DNA from: Chiloscyllium plagiosum
Taxonomy: Eukaryota
NCBI RefSeq assembly: GCF_004010195.1
Contig: NC_057751.1
Coordinates: 6,518,863 to 6,582,862 of the forward strand
DNA: 64,000 bases
Direction: 5' to 3'
Shown here: positions 1 to 12,300 of the stretch, in pieces
Layout: each line of letters begins with the position of its first letter
How positions within the stretch are numbered: position 1 is the stretch's first letter
Notes under the pieces: generated by a model
What the model saw: only the letters and a program-made list of their open reading frames with translations
Told to the model about the DNA's origin: nothing
Database searches by the model: none
Translations under genes and position numbers: made by a program

Positions 1-255
1 ACTTACAGTGTGGAAACAGGCCCTTCGGCCCAACAAGTCCACACCGACCCGCCGAAGCGCAACCCACCCATACCCCTACATTTACCCCTTTAACCTAACA
101 CTACGGGCAATTTAGCATGGTCAATTCACCTGACCCGCACATCTTTGTGACTGTGGGAGGAAACCGGAGCACCCGGAGGAAACCCATGCAGACACGGGGA
201 GAACGTGCAAACTCCACACAGTCAGTCGCCTGAGTCGGGAATTGAACCCGGGTCT
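1..255 (-). mobile_element. HE1-type tRNA-derived V-SINE (5'-truncated at the B box)
   Basis: Reverse complement has B box GGGTTCAATTCCCG, V-domain core GTGTGGAGTTTGCACGTTCTCCCCGTGTCTGC and tail GGGCCTGTTTCCACACTGT; near-identical to 43779-44079. Confidence 0.9.
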
Positions 256-294
256 GTTTCCATGCTGTATATCTCTATGACAGTAGGCTTTATT

Positions 295-697
295 GATGTT
301 GCCTGGTATGGAGGGAAGATCTTATGAGGAAAGGCTGAGGGACTTGAGGCTGTTTTCATTAGAAGAAGGTTGAGAGGTGACTTAGTAGAGACACATAAGA
401 TAATCAGAGGGTTAGATAGGGTGGACAAGGAGAGCCTTTTTCCAAGTATGGTGACGGCGGGCACGAGGGAGCATAGCTTTGGATTGAGGGGTGATGAATG
501 TGGGACAGATGTCAGAGGTAGTTTCTTTGCTCAGAGATTAGTAAGGGTATGGAATGCTTTGCCTGCAACAGTAGTAGTTTTGCCAACTTTAAGTACATTT
601 TAGTAGTCATTGGACAAGCATGTGGACGTACATGGAATAATGTCGGTTAGATAGGCTCCAGATTGGTATGACAGGTCGGTGCAACACCGAGGGCTGA
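295..697 (+). mobile_element. CR1 LINE 3' fragment
   Basis: ORF2 C-terminus RGDLVETHKIIRGLDRVD...VWNALP. Confidence 0.85.
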
Positions 698-699
698 AC

Positions 700-1336
700 T
701 GCTTTGGTATGCTTTCTTTTATTGGTCAGAAAATTGAGTACAGGAGTTGGGAGGTCATGTTGCAGCTGTACAGGACATTGGTAAGGCCACTGTTGGAATA
801 TTGCGTGCATTTCTGGTCTCCTTCCTATTGGAAGGATGTTGTGAAACTTGAAAGGGTTCAGAAAAGATTTACAAGGATGTTGCCATGGTTGGAGGTTTTG
901 AGCTGTTAGGAGAGGCTGAAGAGGCTGGGGCTGTTTTCCCTGAAGCGTCGGAAGCTGAGGGGTGACCTTATAGAGGTTTACAAAATTATGAGGGGCGTGG
1001 ATAGGATAAATATACAATGTCTTTTCCCTCGGGTTGGGGAGTCCAGAACTAGAGGGGTGAGAGGGGAAAGATATAAAAGGGACCTAAGGGGCAACTTTTT
1101 CATGCAGAGGGTGGTACGTGAATGAAACGAGCAGGGTGAGGAAGTGGTGGAGGCTAGTACAATTGCAACATTTAAAAGACATTTGGATAGGAATATGAAT
1201 AGGAAGGGTTTGGAGGGATATGGTCCGGGTGCTGGCAGGTGGGTCTAGATTGGGTTGGGATATCTGGTCGGCATGGATGGGTTGGACTGAAGGGTCTGTT
1301 TCCACGCTGTGCATCTCTATGACTCTATGACTCTAT
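700..1336 (+). mobile_element. CR1 LINE 3' end with (CTCTATGA)n tail
   Basis: LYRTLVRPLLEYCVHFWSP...LERVQKRFTRMLP peptide, 3'UTR and 8-mer tail. Confidence 0.92.
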
Positions 1337-1384
1337 ATATGGCAAGAAAAAAATGACTTCTGTTTATGTCATGTCGTTTTAAAA

Positions 1385-1700
1385 TATATTCATGAGATGA
1401 GGATGTCACCGTTTCGGCCAGCATTTACTGCTCATTCCAAATTGTGCACAGGGCAGTTAAGAGTCAACCACATTGCTGTGAGTCTGGAGTCATATATAGA
1501 CTAGACCAGCTGAGGACAGCAGTTTCCTTCCCGAAAACCATCAGTGAACCAGATGGGTTTTTTGCCCAGACTCTTAATTTCAGATTTTGTTTTTTTATTG
1601 AATTCAAATTCCACCATCTGCCATGGTTGGGAGTCAAATGCAGGTCCCCAGAACATTAACTGGGTTGTTGGAGGAACAATCCAGCAATAATATCACTCAG
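1385..1700 (-). mobile_element. tRNA-headed SINE with LINE-derived tail (family B)
   Basis: Reverse complement matches copies at 4535-5045, 8750-9100 and 48040-48900 (GAATTTGAATTCAATAAA...GACTCCAGAC..CAGCAATGTGGTTGACTCTTAACTGCCC). Confidence 0.8.
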
Positions 1701-1849
1701 TCGTTTCCTCCTTTCAGAACCTCTGAGTGCACTTTGCAGTTGATTGATTCTTTTTTGACTGTAGTCTTTGTTATAATAGGTACAAGAAAATATGGGACCA
1801 CCTAGTTTGATGAACCTTGTCAAGAACAGCCATATGATAAACAAATTAT

Positions 1850-2030
1850 TCCCTGAAACATAATGATCTGCAAGTATATGGAGATAACTGCTCTACAAAT
1901 CATGCCATTGGATCTTTTATGTCCACCCGAGAAGGAATGACGGGTCTCTGTTTAACACCTCATCTGAAATTACAATTGTTCTTTAGTACAGCACTGGTGT
2001 GTCAAATTTCATTTTGCACTCAAATTTCCG
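1850..2030 (-). mobile_element. Deu-domain SINE (SacSINE1/AmnSINE1-like), decayed
   Basis: TGCCATTGGATCTTTTATGTCCACCCGAGA...GTTTAACACCTCATCTGAAA matches the antisense Deu core as I recall it. Confidence 0.7.
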
Positions 2031-2627
2031 CAACAAGACTAAAATACTGAACTTGTCAGATTTGAGAGTGCAAGCACCAAACAAGGAATGACGTCTCGGT
2101 TTTATGTGTGAGAGTTGATACACAAATGTTGCTCTTTATCTGTTGTGGCACTACATCTCTCATCTCATATTCAAAAGAGTATTGTGTGAACAGACTTTTC
2201 ACTTCGATGTTAAACTCAGTGGGCAAGGAAGGTCAGGCCAATGGCCATTAGCAATTAGCAATGGATGCCCAGAACAGTACCACTCAATTCATGCCTTCAC
2301 TTGAAACTGAATTTCACCGTCACTGAATGAATTTTAAATTGTGGGGCTGTTAGGATCTCTTCTTTTGATTTTACCTGCAAACCAGTGTGAAGATAGCAGT
2401 TGTATGAGAATGATATATGGAAACTTATACTGCAGGTGCAAAAGAGGAATCATAAAAGGCACAAAAAACATGATCCTGGTCTAATTCACTGCTGTGGGTC
2501 ACTCCCAGGACTTAACCTCCTGTTCGTTCTGACAGTGGGTGTGTTGGGAGAGTTGGTGGGCTTTTGTTTTGTTTTCTGCTGGACTGTAACATCCCTCTCC
2601 TCCCCCCGGCAACTCCACAGTGGCTCA

Positions 2628-2968
2628 GGGGTGGCACGATGCCTCAGTGGTTAGCACCGGTGCCTCATGGCGCCTGGACCCGGGTTCAATTCCATCCTCT
2701 GGTAACTGCCTGTGTAGAGTTTGCACATTCTCCCTCGTGTTTGCATGGGTTTCCACCATGTGCTCTGCTTTCCTCCCACAATTCAAAGATGTGCAGTTAG
2801 GGTGGATTACCCAAGCTGAATTGTCCTATAGTGGTCAAAGATGTGTAGATGTGGTGCATTAGTCAGGGGTAACTATATAATAATAGGGTAGGAGAATAGG
2901 TCTAGATGGGTTACACTTGTGGACTTGTTGGGCCAAAGGACATGTTTCCATACTGCAGATTCTATGAT
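2628..2968 (+). mobile_element. HE1-type V-SINE, full length
   Basis: GGTGGCACG..CTCAGTGGTTAGCAC A box, GGGTTCAATTCC B box, V domain, CR1-like tail. Confidence 0.9.
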
Positions 2969-3040
2969 AATTCCGGTGATCTCCTCCAATCGAACAAGCC
3001 CTTGAATGATAGTTCTTGCCCATCCCCTCTTTTGGTCTTC

Positions 3041-3205
3041 GTCATAGAGTCATAGAAATGTACAGCATGGAAACAGATCCTTCGGTCAAACTCATCCATT
3101 CCGACCAGATATCCCAACTCAATCTAGTCCCACCTGTCAGCACCCAGCCCATATCCCTCCAAACCCTTCCTATTTATATACCCATTCAAATGCCTCTTAA
3201 AATGT
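3041..3205 (-). mobile_element. CR1 3' end inserted into an L2-like tail
   Basis: (TCATAGAG)n tail and 3'UTR. Confidence 0.85.
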
Positions 3206-3440
3206 CTCTACACCATTGGCAGCTGTGCCTCCAATTGTTTAACCTCTAAACTTCGCAGTTCCCCCTCTGAATTTTTTTGTCTCTGTCTTCTCTTTTAAGG
3301 CACTTCTTTAAAAAGAGCTCTCTGGCAAAACCCTTGGTCATCTGCCACCAGATCATCTTAAGTGATTCAGTGTCGGAGCTCTTTTTTACGTACCTTGAGA
3401 TGTTTTACTGTGTTCAAGATATAATATGTGTTGCTATTGG
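3206..3440 (+). mobile_element. L2-like LINE 3' end, old
   Basis: ACCATTGGCAGCTGTGCCT...TTTTAAG..CTT.TTAAAA...TTGGTCATCTG; similar decayed tails at 9475-9860 and 23250-23430. Confidence 0.55.
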
Positions 3441-3510
3441 GCTGCATCATAGACATACAGAAACTAAGAGAAAGGAAGTCTTCATGTAGAAACTGGTCAG
3501 AATGGGAGTA

Positions 3511-3720
3511 CAGGTTGTTCTGGTATAACGCATGTTTCGTTATCATGAACTGACGAAAATGCGATTGATTGTTGGGCGCTATTTGGATAACGCAAACTTT
3601 CTTCTGAACAGGGATAGCGATCTTCTAAAGCAATCTTGTACAGTGCGAGTTTTTGCAGTGGTCTTCCATAGCGTGGGCTTGCAGAGAAACCCAACTGTCA
3701 CGTTATAGCAGAAAGACCGA
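3511..3720. mobile_element. Tc1/mariner (Tigger-like) MITE family 1
   Basis: TA|CAGGTTGTTCTGGTATAACG ... CGTTATAGCAGAAAGACCGA|TA imperfect TIRs with TA on both sides. Confidence 0.75.
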
Positions 3721-4534
3721 TATTGGTTTTGAGAAGATCATTTAAATGGACTGCAAAGATACTTGGGAAACTTGGATTATAATCTCCAGAAAATTATGCT
3801 CTGATTAAGATGTTAAATTATTGGAAGTAGCAAGGTGGGTGAGGATTCAATCAACCTTCTTGAAAGGAGATTTTAAATTAAGGTGACAATGTACTGTCAT
3901 TGGAATGAACACAAAGCATGAGTATATGGATCAGGGCTACAGTTGCAAAATCAACTGAGGCATTTAAAATCTTGATGGATGTTTAAATGAAAGGTGTTCA
4001 GAGATATGAAAATAAATTAATAATTGACATGCTAATAGGAGGTCCAATGGGCTGAATGTTCTTTTCCTGTGTCTATATCTATTCTTTAAACTGTCATGCT
4101 GATGATTTGGAGAAACACATTTGCACACCAACTAGTATAGGTTTCTGCCACAAAATTGAGCACAATAATTATAGTCAGCAGAGCCCAACTTCGGGCTGAA
4201 TGAATATCAGTAATTTACTTCTGGAGTTTTATTTATCAATAATCTGAGATTTAAATAATTAAACAGTCTAGTAAATGTACTACAGAATGGCATTTTCTGA
4301 CCAGGAAGCAGCATCAGCTCAAGCACTGGTGCATATCAAGGACAGTGAGAGTGAGCCGACACATTCTAAGTGTGCAAGCCAACACCAGAATACGACTTGC
4401 ACTCAATAACTCTGTAGTGGCACATTGATCACAATTCTAATAATGAAGGTATCCAAAGTGTAGGATCAGAAAGAACATTGATGCTTTCTGCATCATGAAA
4501 CAGCTTTGAGAACACTTTTTTAAGCCACTCACAT

Positions 4535-5045
4535 GGGGAGGCGACAGCCTAATGGCGTTATCGTGCGATTATTAATGCAGTGACCAATGAAATTTTTTTT
4601 CTTATTGAGTCATAGTCATACAGCACAGAAACAGACCCTTCAGTCCAACCAGTCCATACTGACCATAATCCCAAACTAAACTAGTTCCACCTGCCTGCAC
4701 TTGGTCCACATCCCTCCAAATATTTCTTATTTCTATACTTATCCAAATGTCTATTAAATGTTCTGGGCACCCAAGTTCGAATCCTGCCACAGTAGAATTT
4801 GAATTTAATAAAAAAATCTGGAATTAAGAGTCTAATGGTGACCAAGAATACGTTATCAATAGTCAAGATAAACCAAACTGGTTTACGCATGTGGGAGTTG
4901 GAAACTGCCATTCTGATCTGCTGTGGCCCACATGTGACTCCAGACACACAGCAAATGTGGTTGACTCTTAACTGTCTGATGGGCAATTAAGAATGGGGAA
5001 TAATTGCTGGCCTAGCCCATGATGACCTTATCCCATGAATAATAA
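4535..5045 (+). mobile_element. Family B SINE interrupted by a minus-strand CR1 3' end (about 4605-4760)
   Basis: B box AAGTTCGAATCC at about 4773; tail GGGCAATTAAGAATGGGGAATAATTGCTGGCC...ATCCCATGAAT. Confidence 0.8.
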
Positions 5046-5057
5046 AGAGGGGAAAAA

Positions 5058-5621
5058 AACACTAATTCCTAGCAGAGAGAGAGAACTGGGAATATATCAT
5101 TGGGAACATCCCTCTCAATTCTAATTCGTCAGGCTCTAGGAGACCATTGTAATTATGTTATTTAATTACTCAGATGAACTCAAGTGGTCTGACCAATTGT
5201 TTTCTTTAGGCACTGTCCTTTTTTTAATAGACTGTTGCCCACGCACTCTTAGAATGGCTACTGATAAACTCAGCCATTTAAAACTTCGGCTCGGAGCCAC
5301 TTGGGAATTACTTTCCCTTACCTGCAGCTTTAAGCTGAACTTCTGCTTCTTGTGCTTGAGGATCGTAATTGGAAAACAAAGGGTTGTATTTTATGGCTAT
5401 TTTGGCTAAGCTAAGCAGTAGCTGTTTTAAGTGTGCATGTGCTACAGTCTGTAAAAAAGGACGACGCCTAAAGAAGACAACGAATCATACCATGTGAGTT
5501 CATTTGACTAATGAAATAATATAAGTACCTATGGTCTCCTGGAGCCTGCAGAATTGGAATTGGGAGGGATATTCCCAGTGATAAAGTCCCAATTCTCTCT
5601 CCCAGTTCTAGGAATTGTGTT
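5058..5621. mobile_element. Fold-back/MITE-like element with about 105-bp imperfect inverted arms
   Basis: 5064-5170 is an imperfect reverse complement of about 5505-5616. Confidence 0.7.
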
Positions 5622-5624
5622 GAG

Positions 5625-6350
5625 TTTTTTGAAAGGGTTGTTGCCCGAGGCCGACTCAGCAAACCTCATTAATTAGCTGAAGTCCAACTTCTCCCCATTC
5701 TATCATGTGTTGTCCCTGGAACAATTTGTCACTCAGTGGATAATTGATGGAAGACCAGCATCCTTTGTGCCCACACCATCTTTAAAAGGCTGAGGTGCAT
5801 TTGAACAAGCACTGTCGGTCCACAGATTCCCTGCACGGTTGCTAACCTTTGCCCAGACGTGGCAAATAGAGGGAAATACAATCCCACTTCATAGGCAGAA
5901 CCCTCAATGTCCTGCTGACTGAGGTGATGCCGACACATGTTGTCCCCTCTCCCAGGACCAGCAATGGAAACCATGATACCAGATCATATGAGTCGAGACC
6001 AAGGTTGCCACCTGGGCTAAAGCAGTGTCAATCATCTTCAGGAAATCCCCTGCAGACTGAATGAAGGTCAGTGGGCTTTTCCACTCTGCCACATCCTGTT
6101 TCTGATATCTCCCATTCACTCTATCTCTGTGACTGTACCAACTTCCCATCAAGGCTCATGATCTACAACTCACGCAATTTCCTGTAATGTCTTCAACACT
6201 GCGTGTCACCCACAGCCCCTGACATCACTAACCCTACATGCAAACAATTCAAACACTCAAAACGCCTCTCAACAAGCACCAACAGTAATAACTGTGCCAT
6301 CCACTTTGTTCTCTTGTAATATCCACCTCTCTCTTATTCAATGAGGAAAA
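5625..6350 (+). mobile_element. PIF/Harbinger-like remnant with decayed Myb/SANT-like ORF
   Basis: Similar to 37690-39560 and, in reverse, to 43500-44158; degenerate peptide TLNVLLTEVM... Confidence 0.45.
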
Positions 6351-6601
6351 CAGTCCACAGTAGGGCAGAAAATGTCAAGACATGTCGGGAGTTGCCTGTC
6401 ATTTGGCTTCTCACTCTGACTGGCTTGAGCAAGGCCTGGACTGGTTACCGAGGTTGATCTTAACTTCTCATGTCTGGAAAGGCTATCCGCTTTGACTTGA
6501 CGGAGACCTGCTAAGAACTTTGACCAGTTTCTTGACCTTGTGTTTGTGCTACATGGCGTAAAGACACAAGTAATATGAACCTGGTCCAGTCAACTCTGCT
6601 A

Positions 6602-6795
6602 CAAGTGGTCATTCCGTTCTCGTGCAATCCCGTGTTGTAAGAAAATCACTTACTCGCATTTTAAACAAATGAGGTTGCAATCGCATTATAACCAATACAC
6701 GCTTTAAACGTTTGTGCTATGGAAACATTGTCCCCCAATTCGTCAATCACGTTATAGTGAATTCACATTAACGTGCGTTATAGCAGAATGACCTG
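6602..6795. mobile_element. MITE family 1 (left TIR damaged)
   Basis: Right TIR CGTTATAGCAGAATGACCTG|TA; interior like 29526-29725. Confidence 0.75.
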
Positions 6796-7244
6796 TATCT
6801 CTGGCTGAGGGGCAAAATATAAAATGCTGAACAAAATGATAGAAGGAAGGGATCTATGAGCGTCCACACAGGCTCAGAGAGAGTGAGCACTTAGAGTGAG
6901 CAAAGGACCCAGAGATGCAGACTGGTGCAATCCACGAGGTGGGTTATGCCCCTGAGTCCACACTGTCCTTGTTGTGGCAATGCGATGATGGTTGCTGGTG
7001 CAGCCCTACATGCAGCATTGAAATGCAGAAGTCTGAGTGGTTTGGGGAAGTGTCACAAGGTTTCTTAGAGGCTGCCACATATCTGATGCCAATGTCTGTG
7101 GACATGGAATACACATCGCCAGAGCACATGGAGCATGCCTTGAGATGTTGGTGCTCAGTTTGTAACATGAAGGTCATTTGGAGCAAGACACCTGGTGCTC
7201 ACTGTGGATTCCACGTTGAATTTGGTCAGTGGTGTGCTGAATAT

Positions 7245-7740
7245 TACTGAAGTACAGTTCTGGTCCCTGCATTTTCGAAAGGATGTGGAAGCTTTGGAAA
7301 GACTTCAAAGGAGACCTACTCAGATGTTGCCTGGTATGGAGCGAAGGTCTTAAGAAGAAAGGCTGAGGGACTTGAGGCTGGTTTCATCAGAGAGAAGAAG
7401 GTTGAGAGGTGACTTAATTGAGACATATAAGATAATCGGGGGTTAGATAGAGTAGACAGTGAGAGCCTTGGATGGTGATGGCTCGGACAAAGGGACTAGC
7501 TTTAAATTGAGGGGTGATAGATATAGGATAGATGTCAGCAGTAATTTCTTTACTCAGAGAGTAGTAGGGGCACAGAACATCCTGAATGCAACAGTAGTAG
7601 ACTTGCCAACTTTCAGGCATTTAAATGGTCATTGGATAAACATATGGATGAAAATGGAATGGTCTAGGATAGAAGGGCTTCACATTGGTTCCACAGGTTG
7701 GCGCAACATCGAGGGCTGAAGGGCCTGTTATGTGCTGTCA
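7245..7740 (+). mobile_element. CR1 LINE 3' fragment
   Basis: Same subfamily as 295-697; FKLRGDRYRIDVSSNFFTQRVV. Confidence 0.85.
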
Positions 7741-7749
7741 TTTTAATTT

Positions 7750-7970
7750 TTTAGATTTCCTACAGTATGGAAACAGGCCCTTCGACTCGACAAGTCCACA
7801 CCAACCCTTCAAAGAGCAACCCACCAAGACCCATCCCCCTACCCTATATTTACCCCTGACTAATGCACCTAACGGTACAGACAGTTTAGCATGGCCAATT
7901 TACCTGACCTGCACATGTTTGGATTGTGGGAGGAGACCGGAGCACTTGGAGGAAACCCACACCGACACAG
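7750..7970 (-). mobile_element. HE1-type SINE, 5'-truncated
   Basis: GGAAACAGGCCCTTCG...TTTAGCATGGCCAATTTACCTGACCTGCACAT. Confidence 0.85.
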
Positions 7971-8749
7971 GTCATGTTCTATGTTCTATGAGGTGAGTCG
8001 TGGCATGAACAAGGTTTCTCACAAGCAATCATTCCCAACGACTGGCAACTCACTGTTGCTAGCAAGAATCTCACCACTCTGCTTGTGAAATACCTAAGAG
8101 TCAGCACGGATTGCTCAAGATATTAAGCTGGGCCTTGTCACACTTCTTGTCCGAATCTGCCACGCACTGTGCCATAGCCCGTGCCACTCACACCTCTCAA
8201 AGATACTGCTCATAATGTGTTAATAGAACTGGGTTTAGAAGAAGAGGAGAATGTGAAAGGGAGATGATTGGAGGAAAAGTGTCCTTTTTTTGAGATGTAT
8301 GAAATGCCTGTGCAAGAGGACCTTGGGCAAATCACTTTGCTTAGAAGACAAAGAGACTCATAATTGCCTACTGAGCTGGCAGGGAAATAAAACCTCAAAA
8401 GGTCCTGCAAAATAATTACATGGAGGGAAATGACAAGTGGTAATGGAAGTCACAGCTTGATTTGGCAGCTGGTGGAACCAGTTCATTGATCACCAGCTTA
8501 AGTGTGAACAAAAAACTGCTTTCAGTTCACCAGCATTGAGCTTTCAATGTTTGTGTCACCAGTAATAAGGGCATTTCAATGATTTACTCCACAGCACAAA
8601 AGAGGAAATATGAAGCAATAACATGTAATAATTAGAGATCAGGTCAAGTTAGAAAGAGTGATGCTGCAGCAAGAATTGGTTTTTCCCTTGCATGTTCAAA
8701 TAACCATTTAATTTTTGTTTTATTTCAATCTGTAAATATTAAAATGAGG

Positions 8750-9100
8750 AGGATGTGGCATTCTTGTAATGTCGTTGGACACATAATCCAGAGTCCCTAA
8801 CGTATCGAGAGCTTGCGGTTGAATCCCACTATTGTAGTTGGTGAAATTAGAATTCAACATAAACCTGGACTTAAAAACTAATCTGATGGCACCCGTGTTA
8901 CAACTGTCATTTTTAAAAAAATCTACAAGCACTCCCTCACCCGACCCAAACATGATTCCAGCCAGGCGGCAACATGGTTAACTCTCAACTATCCTCTGAA
9001 ATGACCTAGCAAGCCATTCAGTTTAAGGGCAGTTCGGGGTGTGAAGTCAATGCTGACCCAGTCAGCAATATCCACAGTCCATGAATGGATTTTTAAAAAA
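8750..9100 (+). mobile_element. Family B SINE
   Basis: GGTTGAATCCCACT...GAATTCAA...CCATGAATGGATTTTTAAAAAA. Confidence 0.75.
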
Positions 9101-9669
9101 TCTGCTTCCTGCCTCGTGTGGTAATGAATTAAATATACTCAGAGGATGTTCTGTTTGACTCCTGATGTGTCAGTGGTGTCTTCGATGTGACAGCCATCTC
9201 AAGTCATGAAAGCCGATTCTTCTGATCATTACCCAGTTGTCCCTGCGGGAAATGCATCCATATCAGTTTTAGCTTATGATATGGGCAAGGCTGTGATCTC
9301 CCTGTGTTCAAGTATCCCTTGACGTTGATTGTTTTGGCACGCCACACAGAGCCTTAGCGCAACAATGTTCATTTTACTGCCTTCAGCAAAGGAAAAGGCA
9401 AAATGGCAGAAGAACAAGGCATTCAACTATATGTTGCTTCTGGCTTCTTGCACATCCTCAATTTTAATTGTACCATCATTGTCAACTGCACCTTCTGCTA
9501 ACTAGGTCTTCAGTTCTTTCTCTGTTCCTTTCTTTTCACCCTTTCAGAAACGCATGAAAATCTAAATTTTTGATAAAGCTGTTGGTTTTCTGTCATAACA
9601 TCTGATGTGGATCAGTGTCAAACTTTGTTGATAACTCTCTTGTGAAGTGCCTTGTAATGTTTTACGGTA

Positions 9670-9822
9670 ACATTTAAAAGACATTTGGATAAGTATTTGA
9701 ATAGGACAGAATTTGAGGGACACGCCAAATGCAAGCAAGTGGGACTCATTTAGTTTGGATACATGGTCAGCATGGATTAGTTGGACTGAAGGGTCTGTTT
9801 CCACGCTGTATGATTCTCTGAC
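9670..9822 (+). mobile_element. CR1 3' end
   Basis: GGACTGAAGGGTCTGTTTCCACGCTGTATGATTCTCTGAC. Confidence 0.8.
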
Positions 9823-9894
9823 TTGATATTCACGGCTGGCTACAAATGCATGTTTTGCTTCAGCAGAGTTGATAGCATTGTATGAACGTTAGTT

Positions 9895-9985
9895 CCTGAA
9901 GAAGGGCTCATGCCCGAAATGTCAATTCTCCTGCTCCTAGGATGCTGCCTGACCTGCTGCGCTTTTCCAGCAACACATTTTCAGC
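9895..9985 (+). mobile_element. Short PLE-derived element with hammerhead motif
   Basis: CTGAAGA-AGGGC-TCAT-GCCC-GAAA; exact 14-bp TSD TATGAACGTTAGTT at 9881-9894 and 9986-9999. Confidence 0.8.
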
Positions 9986-9999
9986 TATGAACGTTAGTT

Positions 10000-10305
10000 G
10001 ACTTGTAATCCAGAATCCCAGGCGAATGCTCTGGTGATATACATTATATGCTACCAATGGTAGATTGTAAACATTTAATTCAATAAAATCTGGATTTATA
10101 ATTTAGTCTCAAGGTGGCCACTGCCAATTATCTTAACAACCCAGCTGGTTCACTAATGTCCTTCAGGGCGTGCATATGATTGCAGACCCACAGCAATGCA
10201 TTTGACTCTGTCCTACCATTTGAAATTGCCGATCAGTCGTAAGGTAATTAGGGATGGGGAATAAATACCAGCCTTGCTAGTGAAACCCACATTCTATGCA
10301 AAAAG
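10000..10305 (+). mobile_element. Family B SINE
   Basis: GACTTGTAATCCAGA...TCAATAAAATCTGG...GGTAATTAGGGATGGGGAATAAATACCAGCC. Confidence 0.75.
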
Positions 10306-10389
10306 AAATTATTCCAACTGCATCACAGACTGTGTACACACAGAAAGCAGATGGGTATACTGCTGCCTGTTGTCTGTTCACGGCAGTCT

Positions 10390-10550
10390 GTTTAAAATCA
10401 CACAACACCAGGTTATATTTCCAAAATTTTTTGGAAGTACAAGCTTTCAGAGTGCTGCTCCTTCGTCAAGTAGCCAGTGGGGCAGGATCAAAGGACACAG
10501 AATTTAGAGTAAAAGATCAAAGTGTCATACTACTGATGCAAAGTATTGGC
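10390..10550 (-). mobile_element. PLE terminal-repeat fragment (same family as 24479-25172 and 28845-29020)
   Basis: AAAATCACACAACACCAGGTTATA...AGCTTTCAGAGTGCTGCTCCTTCGTCAAGTAGC. Confidence 0.7.
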
Positions 10551-11974
10551 ATGGCATTCTGACTCAGCTGCTGGGAAATGAAAGAAACATGCAAGGCTGG
10601 TAGTCCTCTGAGAATTTTCCTGCAGTGCTGAGCTCACCTGAAAAAAAAACCTCAGTTAATGATTGGACCTTGTCAAATATCTACATTCAGCTCAGTGCCA
10701 ATGCTTGGTTTCTGATCAAAAGCTTGTCCCAATCTCTAGCCGTCTCTGCACAGTACGTCTGCTAATCACCGACTCCCTGCTTCAGAAGTACAAGTGTAGT
10801 GTTTCATTCAGTGGGGTGAGAGACTGCAGTAATAATCCATGATTTAGGAAAGTGGGGGTGGAAATGGGGGGCATGCAGAGAGTGGGAGACATGACCAGCA
10901 TCAAGGAATGTGAGTGCACCTTTTTCTTTTCAAAGTCTTATTGGACTTGTTTTCACACTCTGCGTTGTATATCCTCGTCATTACTTGTTATGTTTACTCA
11001 TTGGATTGCTGTAATGCAGAGATAACACAAGTTATGAATATAAACAGTTCATTTCCAAAATTTTAAACATCTTAAAAATGTTTTGAAACCTGTGATCTCT
11101 GCAGGGAGACCCAGGTCTTTTCTCTCAGTATGAAGTCAGTCACTTGACTCTGAACCTCTGCCAATAGACTTAAGCAATCAAGAACAATTGCACAAATCAC
11201 TGAACACACAAGCATAATCAAATATAGATGACATGACACTCTGCTGAAATTCCAGTCAGAGCCTGCACATCACCAAATCTTGATCAGGATCAATCAGAGA
11301 CTTTGCTTAAACCAAACACAAGGAAGAGGCCAGGTATAAAGCAGAAACTTGGAATTCAGTCCACACTCAGGGGGATACTGACACTAAGAAGGGGTCAGGC
11401 CTGTAAACACAGTTTATTGAAAGACAGTGATAGGAAAGGCTAGGTGACAGGTTAAAATTTGGTATCCTGAATTTTGTGGTCTGATTTTGTTACTTTGAAC
11501 TAATGTAAAGCTTTTGTAAAATGAAAATGAAAAGAAACTATTTCCGTTTCATCCGTGATGAACAGTATTATTTCTGGTTGAAGCACGATGCACTAGTTCT
11601 GGTTATAGGAAACTAGCCAAACTCATGCTCTATCGCGTTACAAATTGCACTGCACTGTTGCTGGGGAGTTGAAGATTCAGCATGATTATTTCCATCTTAA
11701 GCATATAGACTCTGCCTCAACATTATTTGTGTGAATCTCCTGGGCTTGTTCTGTTCAATGAACTGAGCATCCAAGCAAGAACAATCACCACAGTTGAGCA
11801 ACAATCTGTCCAAGGTAACTAGTACGATTAAGGAGACTGAGTGCAGCCAGCAACAGTTCCACTCTGTATGCTGCAGTTTAACACAATAGAAAATGAAAGG
11901 AATTTGTTTTGCCTTCATTAAAGATCAGGCACAAATAACTCCAGTAAAACTTAACAGTTTTATTTTCACATTTA

Positions 11975-12300
11975 TTCTTAGGATGTGGGTGTCATGCCCA
12001 AGGTCAGATTGTACTGCTTCTGCCGAGCGACCTTGATTAAATCGAGGGGCTTGTTTATTCAGTTCAATGAGCAAACAAATATTAAACACTTCATTCTGGG
12101 ATTGGAGTCACAGATGGGCCAGATGGGACATGGATAGCAGGTTTCCTTCCCTGAAAGAAATTAGTGAGCCGGTGGAGTTTATACAGCATTCTGATGGTTT
12201 ATGAATTTTGATGGCACCAGACTTCTTCTAAACGATGTGCTGCAGATCTCCAAATCACTGTAATGGAAAGTGAATTTCAGTGTTTTTCAATAATTAATCT
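11975..12300 (-). mobile_element. Family B SINE, old
   Basis: GGATGTGGGTGTC...TGGAGTCACA...AGCAGGTTTCCTTCCCTGAAAG..ATTAGTGAGCC. Confidence 0.65.

Noticed and set aside
10560..10650. Minus-strand acceptor TTTTTTTTCAG
   Set aside because: All frames stop soon, with no donor or recognisable peptide.
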